DNA of 64,000 bases. Source: Myxococcota bacterium (GTDB taxonomy: Bacteria > Planctomycetota > UBA1135). The notes under the pieces were generated by a model. The model did not search any database and was not told the DNA's origin. It saw nothing but the letters and a program-made list of their open reading frames with translations. The stretch spans positions 1,161-65,160 of the forward strand of contig JBLINB010000004.1 of assembly GCA_047638975.1 (NCBI GenBank), in the 5' to 3' direction. Both the position numbers and the translations under genes were made by a program. Below are positions 29,611 through 39,711 of the stretch, piece after piece (position 1 is the first letter of the stretch; every line of letters starts with the position of its first letter).

Positions 29611-30910
29611 CTATATCTCCTGCACCGAGGCATAATACCACTGAACCGGCCGTCGCATGCGACAGCGACCATTGTAAACCATCTAGCATCTGCTCGCAAA
29701 ACATGTGCGAACGCTGCGGATGCCGCACCTCGAGGTCGGGCAATAAGTCTTTAGAGTCGGCCTTGCATGACTCTACATCACGTGCCCTGAAAATAGGTAG
29801 CAATACCACCGACGATGCCGCGTCTAAGCACTCGGCGTACAAATCACGATAATCTTGAAAGCGCTGTGCTTGGTGCGGTTGAAAAACCACATTGATTGCC
29901 GCGGATGGCCAGCGTTGTTGCGCAGCATTAAGCGTCGCTGCCACTTCGGTTGGATGATGCGCATAGTCACTAACCAATTTGACACTACCGCCATCAACAT
30001 CTATTTCACGGAGTAATTCTAAACGGCGCGCTGCACCAGAAAAGCTTGATAAGGCGTGGCTGACTTGCTCATCGCTCAAATTGAAGTCGCGCAATACTGC
30101 GGCAACTAAGGATGCATTACGACGATTATGATCACCGAATAATCCGAGCGGTACATTTTCGTCTAGCAAATCACAATCTTGCCAAGCAGCCTCAGTGCTG
30201 TGCCTTAAATCCTGCGGAGCTTCTGGACCAGCAAACACTTTGCCAGTAGTCGAAGTGTTTCGGAGAAATTTTTCGAAAGACTCGCTTACTTCAGGCAGAC
30301 CACCGGGATAAGTATCAGGATGCTCTGCAGCAACATTTATCAATGCTACCTGCGTTGGATGCAGGTGATGAAATGAGCGCGCGTATTCGCATGACTCGAC
30401 AATCAATGGTAAAGCCGGGTTGCCCCATGCTGAAGACGATTTGAGCTGTGGAACTTCGGCGCCAACTAAGTAACCCACTTCTACGCCAGCTTCACGTAAC
30501 CCATATGCAATCCATGCGGTACAAGTAGTTTTACCGTGAGTTCCGGCGACCGCTAACAGCGGACGTATTTTCGATATCTCTCCGAGAAATTCTGCGTACA
30601 AACATGGACGCGCCGTGTGCTCAACGCACTGTTCAAACACCGGGTCACTTGCAGGCACTGCGGCGGAGCGCACCACCCATGATGCTCGCGGTGCTGTTGC
30701 AAGCTCGCACCATTCAAGCCCCAGTTCGAACAACTTGTCATCGGCGGCTAAAGCCTTGGCGTCGCAACCGTAAACCTGCCATCCAGCTTGCAAAAAGAAC
30801 ACGGCTAGACCACGCATGCCGCAACCAGCAACTCCGACAAAAACTACACTCTTACCGTTTGCCAAAGCAAGTTGGTCGATAGAGGTAGAATTTAGGGTTG
30901 GGGCGTGCAT
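29585..30910 (-). CDS. murC: UDP-N-acetylmuramate--L-alanine ligase
   Basis: FVGVAGCGMRGLA and GTHGKTT P-loop. Position in the dcw cluster. Confidence 0.9.
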   Translation of the reverse strand: MHAPTLNSTSIDQLALANGKSVVFVGVAGCGMRGLAVFFLQAGWQVYGCDAKALAADDKLFELGLEWCELATAPRASWVVRSAAVPASDPVFEQCVEHTARPCLYAEFLGEISKIRPLLAVAGTHGKTTCTAWIAYGLREAGVEVGYLVGAEVPQLKSSSAWGNPALPLIVESCEYARSFHHLHPTQVALINVAAEHPDTYPGGLPEVSESFEKFLRNTSTTGKVFAGPEAPQDLRHSTEAAWQDCDLLDENVPLGLFGDHNRRNASLVAAVLRDFNLSDEQVSHALSSFSGAARRLELLREIDVDGGSVKLVSDYAHHPTEVAATLNAAQQRWPSAAINVVFQPHQAQRFQDYRDLYAECLDAASSVVLLPIFRARDVESCKADSKDLLPDLEVRHPQRSHMFCEQMLDGLQWSLSHATAGSVVLCLGAGDIDGYIRKVL

Positions 30911-30919
30911 ATTTATAGT

Positions 30920-31948
30920 TTATGGTTTTCTTTGACCGATTTCTTCTAGGTAATCGCAAGCAATTTGCTGGCCATTGCTTGTATATGAGGCCATCAATGC
31001 CTCACGCATCGCAGCACGCTCAGACGGGTTCGCTAAAATTTCAAATAGTTGATACTGACTTGCTTGGCTGCCGTCAAATATTCGGACTCCGGGAGACAAC
31101 TGCTCGGCATTTAACTGCTGTTGACGATCTTTATGCATATACGGCATGACCATCGTCGGCAAATGGTGCGTCCAAACTTCGGCAAGGGTCGAAGCTCCAC
31201 CGCGACTTAGCATAAAATCTGCACAGGCATAAGCGCTACCCATATCAGAACAATGTTCAAGCACTACGCCGTTGATACCACAAGCATCGACAGCTTCTTG
31301 AACGGCCTGTTTTTTACTCGCACCCGTCAAACACAACAACTGCCATTCTGCGGCATGCAATTGCGGCAGCATGCTCGCAACGTGTTGATTCAAGCTAGCT
31401 GCACCTTGCGAGCCACCCATTGTTAGCAGCACTGGACGCTGCATGTCAAAGCCAAACTTTTGGCAAGCCTGTTCGCGAGATGGCAAGGCGATTGACTTGC
31501 GCGATATGGGGCCGACCACGGTTGCACGCGGCAACTCTAGCGCGGTCTTTTCAAACATCACTAACACCCGTTCGGCAAAACGACTGACTAACTTTACTGA
31601 TTTACCAGCGACGACATTGCCTTCTAGACAAACAATAGGACGTCGCGGAGAAGCTAATGCCGTTGCACCACCATAGCCGCCAAGGCTTACTAATACCTGT
31701 GGATCGAATTCGCGACAGTATCGACGCACTGCCCCAAAGGCCTTCACTACTGCCAAAGGTCGCGGTAAACGCGAGCCGTCAATTGCTAAGCTACGGTGCG
31801 GGATTTCATCGCCAATATAATTCGCTTCGACTTTACGTCCGCTTAACCAAAACTCTACTTGATGTCCACGCGCCAACAATTCTTCGGCAATGCCAATTGC
31901 TGGGGTTAGATGACCTCCGGTTCCTCCGCCTATAAAAGCAACGCGCAT
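30920..31948 (-). CDS. murG: Lipid II glycosyltransferase MurG
   Basis: GGTGGHLTPA N-terminal motif and GGSQGA in the C-terminal domain. Confidence 0.9.
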   Translation of the reverse strand: MRVAFIGGGTGGHLTPAIGIAEELLARGHQVEFWLSGRKVEANYIGDEIPHRSLAIDGSRLPRPLAVVKAFGAVRRYCREFDPQVLVSLGGYGGATALASPRRPIVCLEGNVVAGKSVKLVSRFAERVLVMFEKTALELPRATVVGPISRKSIALPSREQACQKFGFDMQRPVLLTMGGSQGAASLNQHVASMLPQLHAAEWQLLCLTGASKKQAVQEAVDACGINGVVLEHCSDMGSAYACADFMLSRGGASTLAEVWTHHLPTMVMPYMHKDRQQQLNAEQLSPGVRIFDGSQASQYQLFEILANPSERAAMREALMASYTSNGQQIACDYLEEIGQRKP

Positions 31949-32568
31949 TACTGAGGCGGAATGATGAGCGATTGCCCCACGCGAATGCTGTTGGCATCCT
32001 TTAAATTATTTGCCTTTATGATCAAGTCCACTTTCTTGCTCGTGCCATAGAAGCGGTCTGAGATAACACCAAGGACATCTCCGGATTGCACGACATAAGT
32101 TTGCGCATCTGTTTTGACAGGCACCTCTTGCAATCTTATTTGCAACTGCATGCCAATCGTTATCGCACGTTCGTTAGTGATGTTATTCCAGTCCATAATA
32201 TCACGGTAACGGTTTGAGTCGCCAAGTTCGCGTTTCGCTATCGCTCCGAGAGTATCTCCTTGACGCACTACCACAATGCGCAAGTCGTCAGAGAAGGGTT
32301 CAGGTGTCGGCATTGGTGGATCGATTCCGACGGGCCGCGGTACAGGGTCAGACCCAGTGCCTGGTGTAAAATCAGATGGAGTAATGTACTGTACACGTTG
32401 CGATTTAGGCAATAAGCGCACGGAGTCCAAGTCGGTAGGCTGAATAATCACTGAGGCTGGCTCTGCATCGGCAGGATTAGCCTGGTCAGAACCAAAATAT
32501 AAACCTAGAAGTGCAATTACAAATAGAGCAACAAACCCGAGGACTGCGTTTTTTGTGAAGTTATTCAT
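31948..32568 (-). CDS. Membrane-anchored protein with two C-terminal LysM domains
   Basis: N-terminal TM helix, a Pro-rich linker, then two LysM repeats (VVRQGDTLGAIA...IGMQLQI and VVQSGDVLGVIS...VGQSLIIP). It has 1-nt and 4-nt overlaps with murG and ftsW. Confidence 0.75.
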   Translation of the reverse strand: MNNFTKNAVLGFVALFVIALLGLYFGSDQANPADAEPASVIIQPTDLDSVRLLPKSQRVQYITPSDFTPGTGSDPVPRPVGIDPPMPTPEPFSDDLRIVVVRQGDTLGAIAKRELGDSNRYRDIMDWNNITNERAITIGMQLQIRLQEVPVKTDAQTYVVQSGDVLGVISDRFYGTSKKVDLIIKANNLKDANSIRVGQSLIIPPQ

Positions 32569-33659
32569 TGAAGACCAAATGTTGAAGTTTTATGGCGCAT
32601 ATTAGTACGCGTAGCATTAATAGCAATGCCTAGCAATAGCGACAGCGCTATCAAGGATGAACCGCCGCGGCTAACGAAAGGTAGCGGCAGGCCTTTCACT
32701 GGCAAGGCACCTACTACCATTGCCATGTTGTAAGCCGCCTGAAAAGAGATTACTACGGTAGTTGCTCCCATTAATAATATACCGTAACGATGGCTTGATT
32801 GCCGAGCCACGCGCAACCCTAAAAAAGTAAATGCCATGAACAGCGCCCAGACTAGCAGCGTACCCACCATACCCCATTCTTCAGCAATTAATGCAAGCAC
32901 AAAGTCGGTAGTGCTCTCGGGGATATATCCAAATTTAAGCACACCATTACCAGGGCCGGCACCAAACCAGCCGCCGTGACGAAAGGCGTCGTGAGCATGT
33001 AACACTTGTTCTGGGACGCCCCCTGACCAACTGTCGAGACGTGCGGAAAAGTGCGGGAAGATGAATAGGATTAATGCCCCTATCAAAAGCAGTACCGGCA
33101 CAGAAAACAGCAACACTCGCGCAGGTAAGCCCGCGAACAACATCACTGAGCCAGACACTACCAGCAAAATAGCTACCGATCCGACATCGGGTTGAAAAAG
33201 TACCGGTATCATCAATAACATAAAAACACCGAGCATTTTAAGAATAGGTTTTACCGACTTAACCCGCAATGGGTCTTTCGCTATCCATGATGAAAGCAAA
33301 ATAGGCCACAAAACTTGCAAGAACAATGATGGTTGCAAAGACAACGGCCCCACTTTAATCCAGCGAGTGGCTGCATTAGCGGTGTAGCCAATGCCGGTAA
33401 AGAGCATCGAACTTAGCAGTAGCCATAAAGCAATACTGACGTGCAAACTGTAGTTTCTAACAGTATTGGGGTCGAGCTTCATTCCGACTGCAAAGGCGCA
33501 AGCAGCCACAGCTAAAAAAGAGCCGTGACGCATCAACACCGACCCTGACTCTCCGGGAGGAGCTGCCGACACCGCCACCAATAACCCCATTGCCGCTAGT
33601 GCCGCCACGCATCCTAAAAAAAGGATGGTTGCTGGACGGAATTTAGAGGCACTTGTCAT
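32565..33659 (-). CDS. ftsW: SEDS-family peptidoglycan polymerase FtsW/RodA
   Basis: 10-TM ORF with SLQPS, TDFV and LPFVSRGGSS motifs. dcw position. Confidence 0.85.
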   Translation of the reverse strand: MTSASKFRPATILFLGCVAALAAMGLLVAVSAAPPGESGSVLMRHGSFLAVAACAFAVGMKLDPNTVRNYSLHVSIALWLLLSSMLFTGIGYTANAATRWIKVGPLSLQPSLFLQVLWPILLSSWIAKDPLRVKSVKPILKMLGVFMLLMIPVLFQPDVGSVAILLVVSGSVMLFAGLPARVLLFSVPVLLLIGALILFIFPHFSARLDSWSGGVPEQVLHAHDAFRHGGWFGAGPGNGVLKFGYIPESTTDFVLALIAEEWGMVGTLLVWALFMAFTFLGLRVARQSSHRYGILLMGATTVVISFQAAYNMAMVVGALPVKGLPLPFVSRGGSSLIALSLLLGIAINATRTNMRHKTSTFGLQ

Positions 33660-33664
33660 TGGTT

Positions 33665-34801
33665 TTAACGCAATTTAATGAGCAGCAATCCTAAGCTAGC
33701 GAACAACGCTGACATCACCCAGAAGCGCAAGACGATTCGCGATTCTGGCATTTTCTCTAACTGCCAAATATGATGTATGGGCGCAATTTTGAACAATCGT
33801 TTCTTAGATATTTTATACCAGCCAATCTGGAGAAAGCTACTCGCGAATTCGACGGTAAAGACACCTGCGATTAAAACTAGAAGCACTTCTTGCTTCGACA
33901 CTAATGCGAAATAAGCCATTGCGGCCCCTAAAGGTAATGACCCACTATCTCCCATGAATATTAATGCTGGGCTAGCGTTGAACCATAAAAAGCCTAGACT
34001 GGCGCCAAGGGTTGCAGCTACCAAGACAGTCACTTCGCCAGCACCTGGTATAAAAGGCAAATGTAGATATGCGGCGTAGCCCTCATGGCCTACGAAGTAA
34101 GTGCTTAAGCCTAGAGCTGCTAGCACTGGTACCGCAGAGCCTACGGCAAGGCCATCAAGTCCGTCGGTAATGTTGGCCGCATGGCTAAACCCCAGTATGC
34201 ACAACATCTGCACGGAAAAGAAAATAGCCGCTAGCACATATATATTCAAGCCGGGTCCAATAACCCAGTCTTTAAAAACTGGCAAAAATATATGACGCAA
34301 TTGCGGATAACTGCTCGTCTCACTTCCGAGTTGCCATAGCAGGCCAACGACTAAGGCCACCAACAACATGGTGGACAGCATCTTGCTGGTACGCGACAAG
34401 CCATCACGAGGATCATCATCGCATGCTTTTATTTGATCATCAAAGAAACCGATGGTCCCCATGCCGACCATTAAGACCATACCGATTAAAACCAGTGGCT
34501 CGTCAATGCGTCCGAAGAACATGGTGCTAATCAAAACGGCAGCTAGCCAAAAAACACCGCCCATTGTTGGCGTGCCAGCCTTGTTGGCCGCGCGGTATGC
34601 ATCACCGACTGCTTTACTATCCGATTCATCTGCGCGCTCAACAACTGCTGACTCGCGCAAGCGCGCTATCAATGGATTACCAATTAGGATTGCTATTACA
34701 AACGAAAATATGAATGCCATTCCAGCACGCACACCGATGTAATTGAAGGCGGCGAAAGGTCCGAAAGCTTCGGACAAATAAGGTGTTAGCCAGTGAATCA
34801 T
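33665..34801 (-). CDS. mraY: Phospho-N-acetylmuramoyl-pentapeptide transferase
   Basis: TPTMGG, NITDGLDGLA and FMGDSGS motifs. Confidence 0.95.
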   Translation of the reverse strand: MIHWLTPYLSEAFGPFAAFNYIGVRAGMAFIFSFVIAILIGNPLIARLRESAVVERADESDSKAVGDAYRAANKAGTPTMGGVFWLAAVLISTMFFGRIDEPLVLIGMVLMVGMGTIGFFDDQIKACDDDPRDGLSRTSKMLSTMLLVALVVGLLWQLGSETSSYPQLRHIFLPVFKDWVIGPGLNIYVLAAIFFSVQMLCILGFSHAANITDGLDGLAVGSAVPVLAALGLSTYFVGHEGYAAYLHLPFIPGAGEVTVLVAATLGASLGFLWFNASPALIFMGDSGSLPLGAAMAYFALVSKQEVLLVLIAGVFTVEFASSFLQIGWYKISKKRLFKIAPIHHIWQLEKMPESRIVLRFWVMSALFASLGLLLIKLR

Positions 34802-36162
34802 GTGATGGGGTTACAAGAAAGTTTTTTGAAATCGACTAAAATATTCTCTAGTTGTTCACCGCGTGAAGCTTTAAGCAAGACCAAATCACCCGCCTTGCAA
34901 GCCGTTTCTAGATATTGCGCTGCTGCTTGGCAATCAGCAACGCAATGAGTCTCAACTGTCGACGGCGCAGACTTGGCGATCTCTGTCGCCAAGTCGCCTA
35001 TACAGACAACGCTATCGATCTTTAGCCCTTCTAGCGAAGAGCCCATGTCTGCATGCAATTGTTGCTCTCGCACGCCCAGTTCGAGCATAGAGCCCAGCAC
35101 GGCAATGCGTCTGCCCGTGCAAGGCAATTCGGTCAAAGCACGTAAAGCGGCGAGCATAGAAAGTGGATTAGCGTTGTATGCGTCATCAATAAAGGCTATG
35201 CCTGCAACACACGAGCGCTGCATGCGCCCTTTTGGCTTTTGTAATTGCGGCAAAACTTCCTGGATATGTTGTTTAGAAACTTTACAGCTAATCGCGATCT
35301 CAGTCATTAGCATTGCGGTTCGCAATTCATATTCTGCGATACAAGCTACCTGCAACGCGCCTAATAGTGGATGCTCGACTAAGTACTTCTCGCCATCAAA
35401 AGTGTAGCTATAACTAGCGTGGTCATATACCTGAACATCTGCCGCCCAATCTTGCTGCTGTATGTCAATTAAAGATTTGCAATGTTCATCCAACCACACC
35501 TTACCGGATTCAGGAACTGCTTGTAATAATTTATTCTTTTCGTAAGCAATCGTTTGGACGTCATCAAGTCCTTCGAGGTGAGCGGCGCCGATTGCGATAA
35601 GGGCTGCTAAGTCAGGTTTGACAATATCTAGCAGATATTGCATTTCGTGCGGCTTGTTAATGCCATATTCGAGCACTATAAAATCAGCGTGGCGTGGCGC
35701 CCCCAACATTGCCAAAGGCAAACCAATTTCTGAATTATAAGACTTAGGTGCAGCGTAAGCGAAGTACGGGCTAGCGTCTAGCAACTGCAGCAAAAAATCT
35801 TTTGCTGTTGTTTTACCGACAGAGCCGGTAATGCCAATAATAGTGCCTTTGCAACGTGCGCGATGACAATTAGCTAACTTGCCAAGAGCCTTCAAGCAAT
35901 CCGCAACCACCAACACCGGCACGTCTAGCTTCGCAGCGGGTTCGCGTTCAACGATCAGCAACTGCGCACCATTTGCTATAGCTTTATCTAAAAAGTCATG
36001 TCCGTCAGTGTTGGCGCCAGGCAACGCAACAAAGACGCTACCTGCTGTGACTTGCCGCGAATCAATTTCGAAGCCAGTGATTTCTTGGTCAGCTAAACCG
36101 CTTGGCAATGTAACGTCAACACCAGCATCCGCATATATTTGCTGTAGACTTATGCCAGGCAT
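34798..36162 (-). CDS. murF: UDP-N-acetylmuramoyl-tripeptide--D-alanyl-D-alanine ligase
   Basis: GITGSVGKTT P-loop, DAYNANP, and position after murE. Confidence 0.9.
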   Translation of the reverse strand: MPGISLQQIYADAGVDVTLPSGLADQEITGFEIDSRQVTAGSVFVALPGANTDGHDFLDKAIANGAQLLIVEREPAAKLDVPVLVVADCLKALGKLANCHRARCKGTIIGITGSVGKTTAKDFLLQLLDASPYFAYAAPKSYNSEIGLPLAMLGAPRHADFIVLEYGINKPHEMQYLLDIVKPDLAALIAIGAAHLEGLDDVQTIAYEKNKLLQAVPESGKVWLDEHCKSLIDIQQQDWAADVQVYDHASYSYTFDGEKYLVEHPLLGALQVACIAEYELRTAMLMTEIAISCKVSKQHIQEVLPQLQKPKGRMQRSCVAGIAFIDDAYNANPLSMLAALRALTELPCTGRRIAVLGSMLELGVREQQLHADMGSSLEGLKIDSVVCIGDLATEIAKSAPSTVETHCVADCQAAAQYLETACKAGDLVLLKASRGEQLENILVDFKKLSCNPIT

Positions 36163-37628
36163 TGCACCGCCTCTATTATTTGCAACCTATCGTCAAAAAA
36201 GTTTCGGACACCATCAATCTCTTGATAGGTCTCATGCCCTTTACCGGCGATAACTAAGACGTCATTATCTTTAAGAGATTCTACAGCGGAACGGATCGCA
36301 GCTGCACGTTCAACGATGCAGTGAAATTCTATTTGCTCTTGGTCAACGCCAAGTTTGACTTGTTCGACAATCGCTGACGCCGATTCGGTACGCGGATTAT
36401 CAGAAGTCAGTACACACCAATCGGCATGCTCACTTACGGCTGCACCCATTAGCGCACGCTTTGATGGATCACGATCTCCGCCAGCTCCGAATACTACTTT
36501 AAGTTGCGCATCTGGGTAGCTAACGCGCAAAGCCACCAACACTTTTTCAATAGCATCTGGAGTGTGCGCGTAATCAACGAAAGCACGTCCGCGATGTACG
36601 GATACCTGTTGCATGCGACCGTCGGCAGAATCTTGCACCGACAATGATTGACAAACAGCTTCTAAAGCTAGCCCTTTGGACAATAGCATCAGTGCTGCCA
36701 AAAATAGATTCTCACCATTAAAATAACCACACAACTCGCTGTCAATAACGCCCATGCCATCATCCCATTCGAATGCGACGCGCACGCCACGGTCGGTAGT
36801 CTCTATATTGCAGAAATAGTCTGCATTCGAATCGTGACTAGACCAGCTATGCACTTGCGCCAACGCAGCGCTAGACAACTCAAGCAATGCTTTATCGTAA
36901 GGAATAAAAGCAACTGCTGTTGCTGGCAACTGATTTACAAGTTGCATTTTTGCATGCGCATAATTTTCTAAGGTATGATGATAATCTAAGTGCTCTTGAC
37001 TTAAATTCGTAAAACCTACGCAGTCGAAATCGATCGCCGCCACCCGCTGCTGCACAATGCCATGCGAACTGGCTTCAATGATTAACGCTTCACAACCATC
37101 TGCAACTAGCGAAGCCATCCAGCTTTGAATGATATCGGCGCTCGGAGTGGTATTAAGATTAGGAAGGACAACGTCATTGCTTATCAAACCCAAGGTGCCG
37201 CAAGATGCCGACGCCATCTTCAAGTGTTGCATAGCGCCGCGCAACAGGTGCGCAATGGTCGTCTTACCATTGGTGCCGGTAATAGCCGCACACCACATTT
37301 TAGAGCTCGGCTGCCCTGCCAGAATATCGGCGCAATGCGCTGCCACTAACGGCGCATCAGCAGCAATAACTAGTTGCGGGAAATCTAACTGCGGCTGATG
37401 CGCCTTTAGCAATAACATGCTCGCACCCGCGTCGATTGCCGCTTGCAAAAAATCGTTACCCTGCTGCTGACTGCCATCAAGCGCACAAAACAAATCACCT
37501 TTGCTCACGCGCCGCGAATCGAAACAAGCTTGTGCAATCTCAAGCTCCAATAGCTGAGGCTGTGCAGGCCATATATTGAGCGAGAATTTACGCTGTCTAA
37601 GTTGGCTGAGGAGGTCGGCGGCAAGCAT
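36150..37628 (-). CDS. murE: UDP-N-acetylmuramoyl-L-alanyl-D-glutamate--2,6-diaminopimelate ligase
   Basis: ITGTNGKTT P-loop. DYAHTPDA and a GAGGDRD-type motif with DNPR, consistent with the meso-DAP type. Confidence 0.9.
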   Translation of the reverse strand: MLAADLLSQLRQRKFSLNIWPAQPQLLELEIAQACFDSRRVSKGDLFCALDGSQQQGNDFLQAAIDAGASMLLLKAHQPQLDFPQLVIAADAPLVAAHCADILAGQPSSKMWCAAITGTNGKTTIAHLLRGAMQHLKMASASCGTLGLISNDVVLPNLNTTPSADIIQSWMASLVADGCEALIIEASSHGIVQQRVAAIDFDCVGFTNLSQEHLDYHHTLENYAHAKMQLVNQLPATAVAFIPYDKALLELSSAALAQVHSWSSHDSNADYFCNIETTDRGVRVAFEWDDGMGVIDSELCGYFNGENLFLAALMLLSKGLALEAVCQSLSVQDSADGRMQQVSVHRGRAFVDYAHTPDAIEKVLVALRVSYPDAQLKVVFGAGGDRDPSKRALMGAAVSEHADWCVLTSDNPRTESASAIVEQVKLGVDQEQIEFHCIVERAAAIRSAVESLKDNDVLVIAGKGHETYQEIDGVRNFFDDRLQIIEAVQCLA

Positions 37629-37630
37629 CT

Positions 37631-39469
37631 TTAATGCTCAAGATTAGCCTTACTCTCACCCGATTCCAAGCCTGAAGATGGTAATGTTCCGCGCGACTCT
37701 AATGCGTAATGCAGAATGTTTGCTGCAGCTGGTCCACAGACTTGTGAGCCGTAATAATGCTGCTTAGTTCCGTGTGTGCCGAAGGCTACGACCAGGACTA
37801 AAACATCCGGTTTTTCGAGTGGTCCGTATGCTACAAATAGCGAAGTGTATTTCCCCTTGGCAGGGCCCGCTCGATGCTCAGATGTGCCCGATTTACCACA
37901 GTAATTAAAGTCATCACGGTGTGGTAACCACTTGCGATTGCTGTACATAACCATCTCGTGCATGGCATCACGCACTAGCTTAGCCGAATTGGCACTTAGT
38001 ACTTCTGCGACTACCTCGGGGAGCTGATTATAGTTTAGATTGGGGCGCATCAACTTGCCGCCATTAGCTATGGACGCCAACGCGATGGCATGATCAATGA
38101 CGGGCACTTCTATTTCGCGACCGAACGACAATGATGGGATTGTAAAGACCATTCCATCCGGACCTTTCTTACGCATGAAGCTTTCACGCTTTGGGTAGAC
38201 ACCATTCTGAAAGATTAATCCGGAACCCGGCAGAGCATCAGCTTTTGCATCGTATCCAAAGTGCGGCAAAAATTCGGCCATCTTTTCACGACCAAGTTCA
38301 CGCCCAATCTGCGACATCACAATATTTGATGAGTGAACCACCGCCGCTGAAAAGTTCATATCTTCATTGTGCGAGTTTGACGAGTTGTGAATCACTCTGC
38401 CTGGCAAGCGGTAAGCCCCGCCCTTGTTGCTAAATATTTGCTGCGGTTGAATGGCATTATTCTCTAAAGCCCAGGCCGCAACCAACGGCTTCAATGTTGA
38501 ACCAGGGCTAATGCGCCAACGCCCGGGAAAAGTCCATCCTAAATACTCTGATTTGCCCGTTTCCGCATCGACTACGGACTGCATACTTTCCAATGGCTGG
38601 TTCGGATTATAATCCGGAAGACCTTGTGCACTCAATATCGCGCCCGTATTTACGTCAAGAACAATAGCGACACAGTGCATGGGATCATGTTCATCCATTA
38701 TGCTTCGCAACTGCTCATGCGCATAGCCAGAAATTCCGAGATCAAGCGTAGTGCGAATGGAAGAGCCTGGCAACTGATTCATCTTAGCCAATGCCGGGTT
38801 CGCGCCATGATCACTTCCGACTCGAATAGCATAACTTGCACCATCCGTGCCAAACAGGTGCTCCTCAAAGCCGACCTCCAATCCTGAGCTGCCATGGCGC
38901 TCGTCACGACCCGCCTCTTCGTTGTATTCTGTACGCAGCAAGCCAGTCAAATGACTTAAAACAGGGCCATTGGGGTAAATCCGCTTAAAGGTTTGCACTA
39001 AACTCAAGCCACTATACGGCAGCGCTTTCAAGGAGCGTGAAATTCTTTCGCGCTCAATAGGTGATAAGTTACTTAAAACTAATTGCCCCGCCGACTCGTT
39101 AATCATCAATGATTCATATAATTCGTCAACTGTTAACTGCGTTGCCTGAGAAACTATTTCAAGACGCCTACGGATTTCTTCAACATCCCAAATTCCGTTC
39201 TTAAGATTACTAATCACCGAACGGTCCTTTGGTAAATAATTAACCACTAAATCCCAGGTTCCGCGGTCTTCCGCCAAGACTAAACCTTGGCGGTCTAATA
39301 TCTGACCACGCTCGGCAGGAATAACACGTTTGCCGCGCACTAGGCTCAAACTTGTGTCATCGACCCCTTCGTCGACTAACTTAAAAAAGTTAAATACACT
39401 AAAAGAATAAAATAAAGCCAAGATGGCGAATGGCCATAAGGGCTTAAAGACTACCTCTTGTTTAATCAC
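37631..39469 (-). CDS. ftsI: Class B penicillin-binding protein (FtsI/PBP3-like transpeptidase)
   Basis: N-terminal TM helix. SxxK (GSTLKP), SxN (HSSN) and KSGT (GKSGTS) motifs. Confidence 0.9.
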   Translation of the reverse strand: MIKQEVVFKPLWPFAILALFYSFSVFNFFKLVDEGVDDTSLSLVRGKRVIPAERGQILDRQGLVLAEDRGTWDLVVNYLPKDRSVISNLKNGIWDVEEIRRRLEIVSQATQLTVDELYESLMINESAGQLVLSNLSPIERERISRSLKALPYSGLSLVQTFKRIYPNGPVLSHLTGLLRTEYNEEAGRDERHGSSGLEVGFEEHLFGTDGASYAIRVGSDHGANPALAKMNQLPGSSIRTTLDLGISGYAHEQLRSIMDEHDPMHCVAIVLDVNTGAILSAQGLPDYNPNQPLESMQSVVDAETGKSEYLGWTFPGRWRISPGSTLKPLVAAWALENNAIQPQQIFSNKGGAYRLPGRVIHNSSNSHNEDMNFSAAVVHSSNIVMSQIGRELGREKMAEFLPHFGYDAKADALPGSGLIFQNGVYPKRESFMRKKGPDGMVFTIPSLSFGREIEVPVIDHAIALASIANGGKLMRPNLNYNQLPEVVAEVLSANSAKLVRDAMHEMVMYSNRKWLPHRDDFNYCGKSGTSEHRAGPAKGKYTSLFVAYGPLEKPDVLVLVVAFGTHGTKQHYYGSQVCGPAAANILHYALESRGTLPSSGLESGESKANLEH

Positions 39470-39711
39470 GAGCGGTTATTATCAAGATCAGCATTATGCT
39501 GCTCTTCTATCAGACGTTGAAGATTACTTGGCGAGGTTATTTGATTAAACAGACTGTCGTTATAGTCGACACGCTGTTCGCAACGCTCAACGCAGCGACG
39601 ACTCACTTCAATCCGTCCGCGCGCGGCCATAGACTCATTTTCTAATCCTAAGCCGATTAGCATTTCAGTCAAGAGCGCCATTATCAAAAAGAAGGATGTC
39701 TCGCTCATCAT
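39466..39711 (-). CDS. FtsL-like small bitopic cell division protein
   Basis: 81 aa with a single TM helix followed by a helical segment. It occupies the ftsL slot between rsmH and ftsI with overlapping stops and starts. Confidence 0.55.
   Translation of the reverse strand: MMSETSFFLIMALLTEMLIGLGLENESMAARGRIEVSRRCVERCEQRVDYNDSLFNQITSPSNLQRLIEEQHNADLDNNRS

Noticed and set aside
34973-35407. 144-aa and similar (80-130 aa) antisense ORFs inside the mur genes, tgt, ubiX and CPBP
   Set aside because: All lie opposite strongly motif-supported genes and have no motifs of their own. They are expected by chance given the codon composition.
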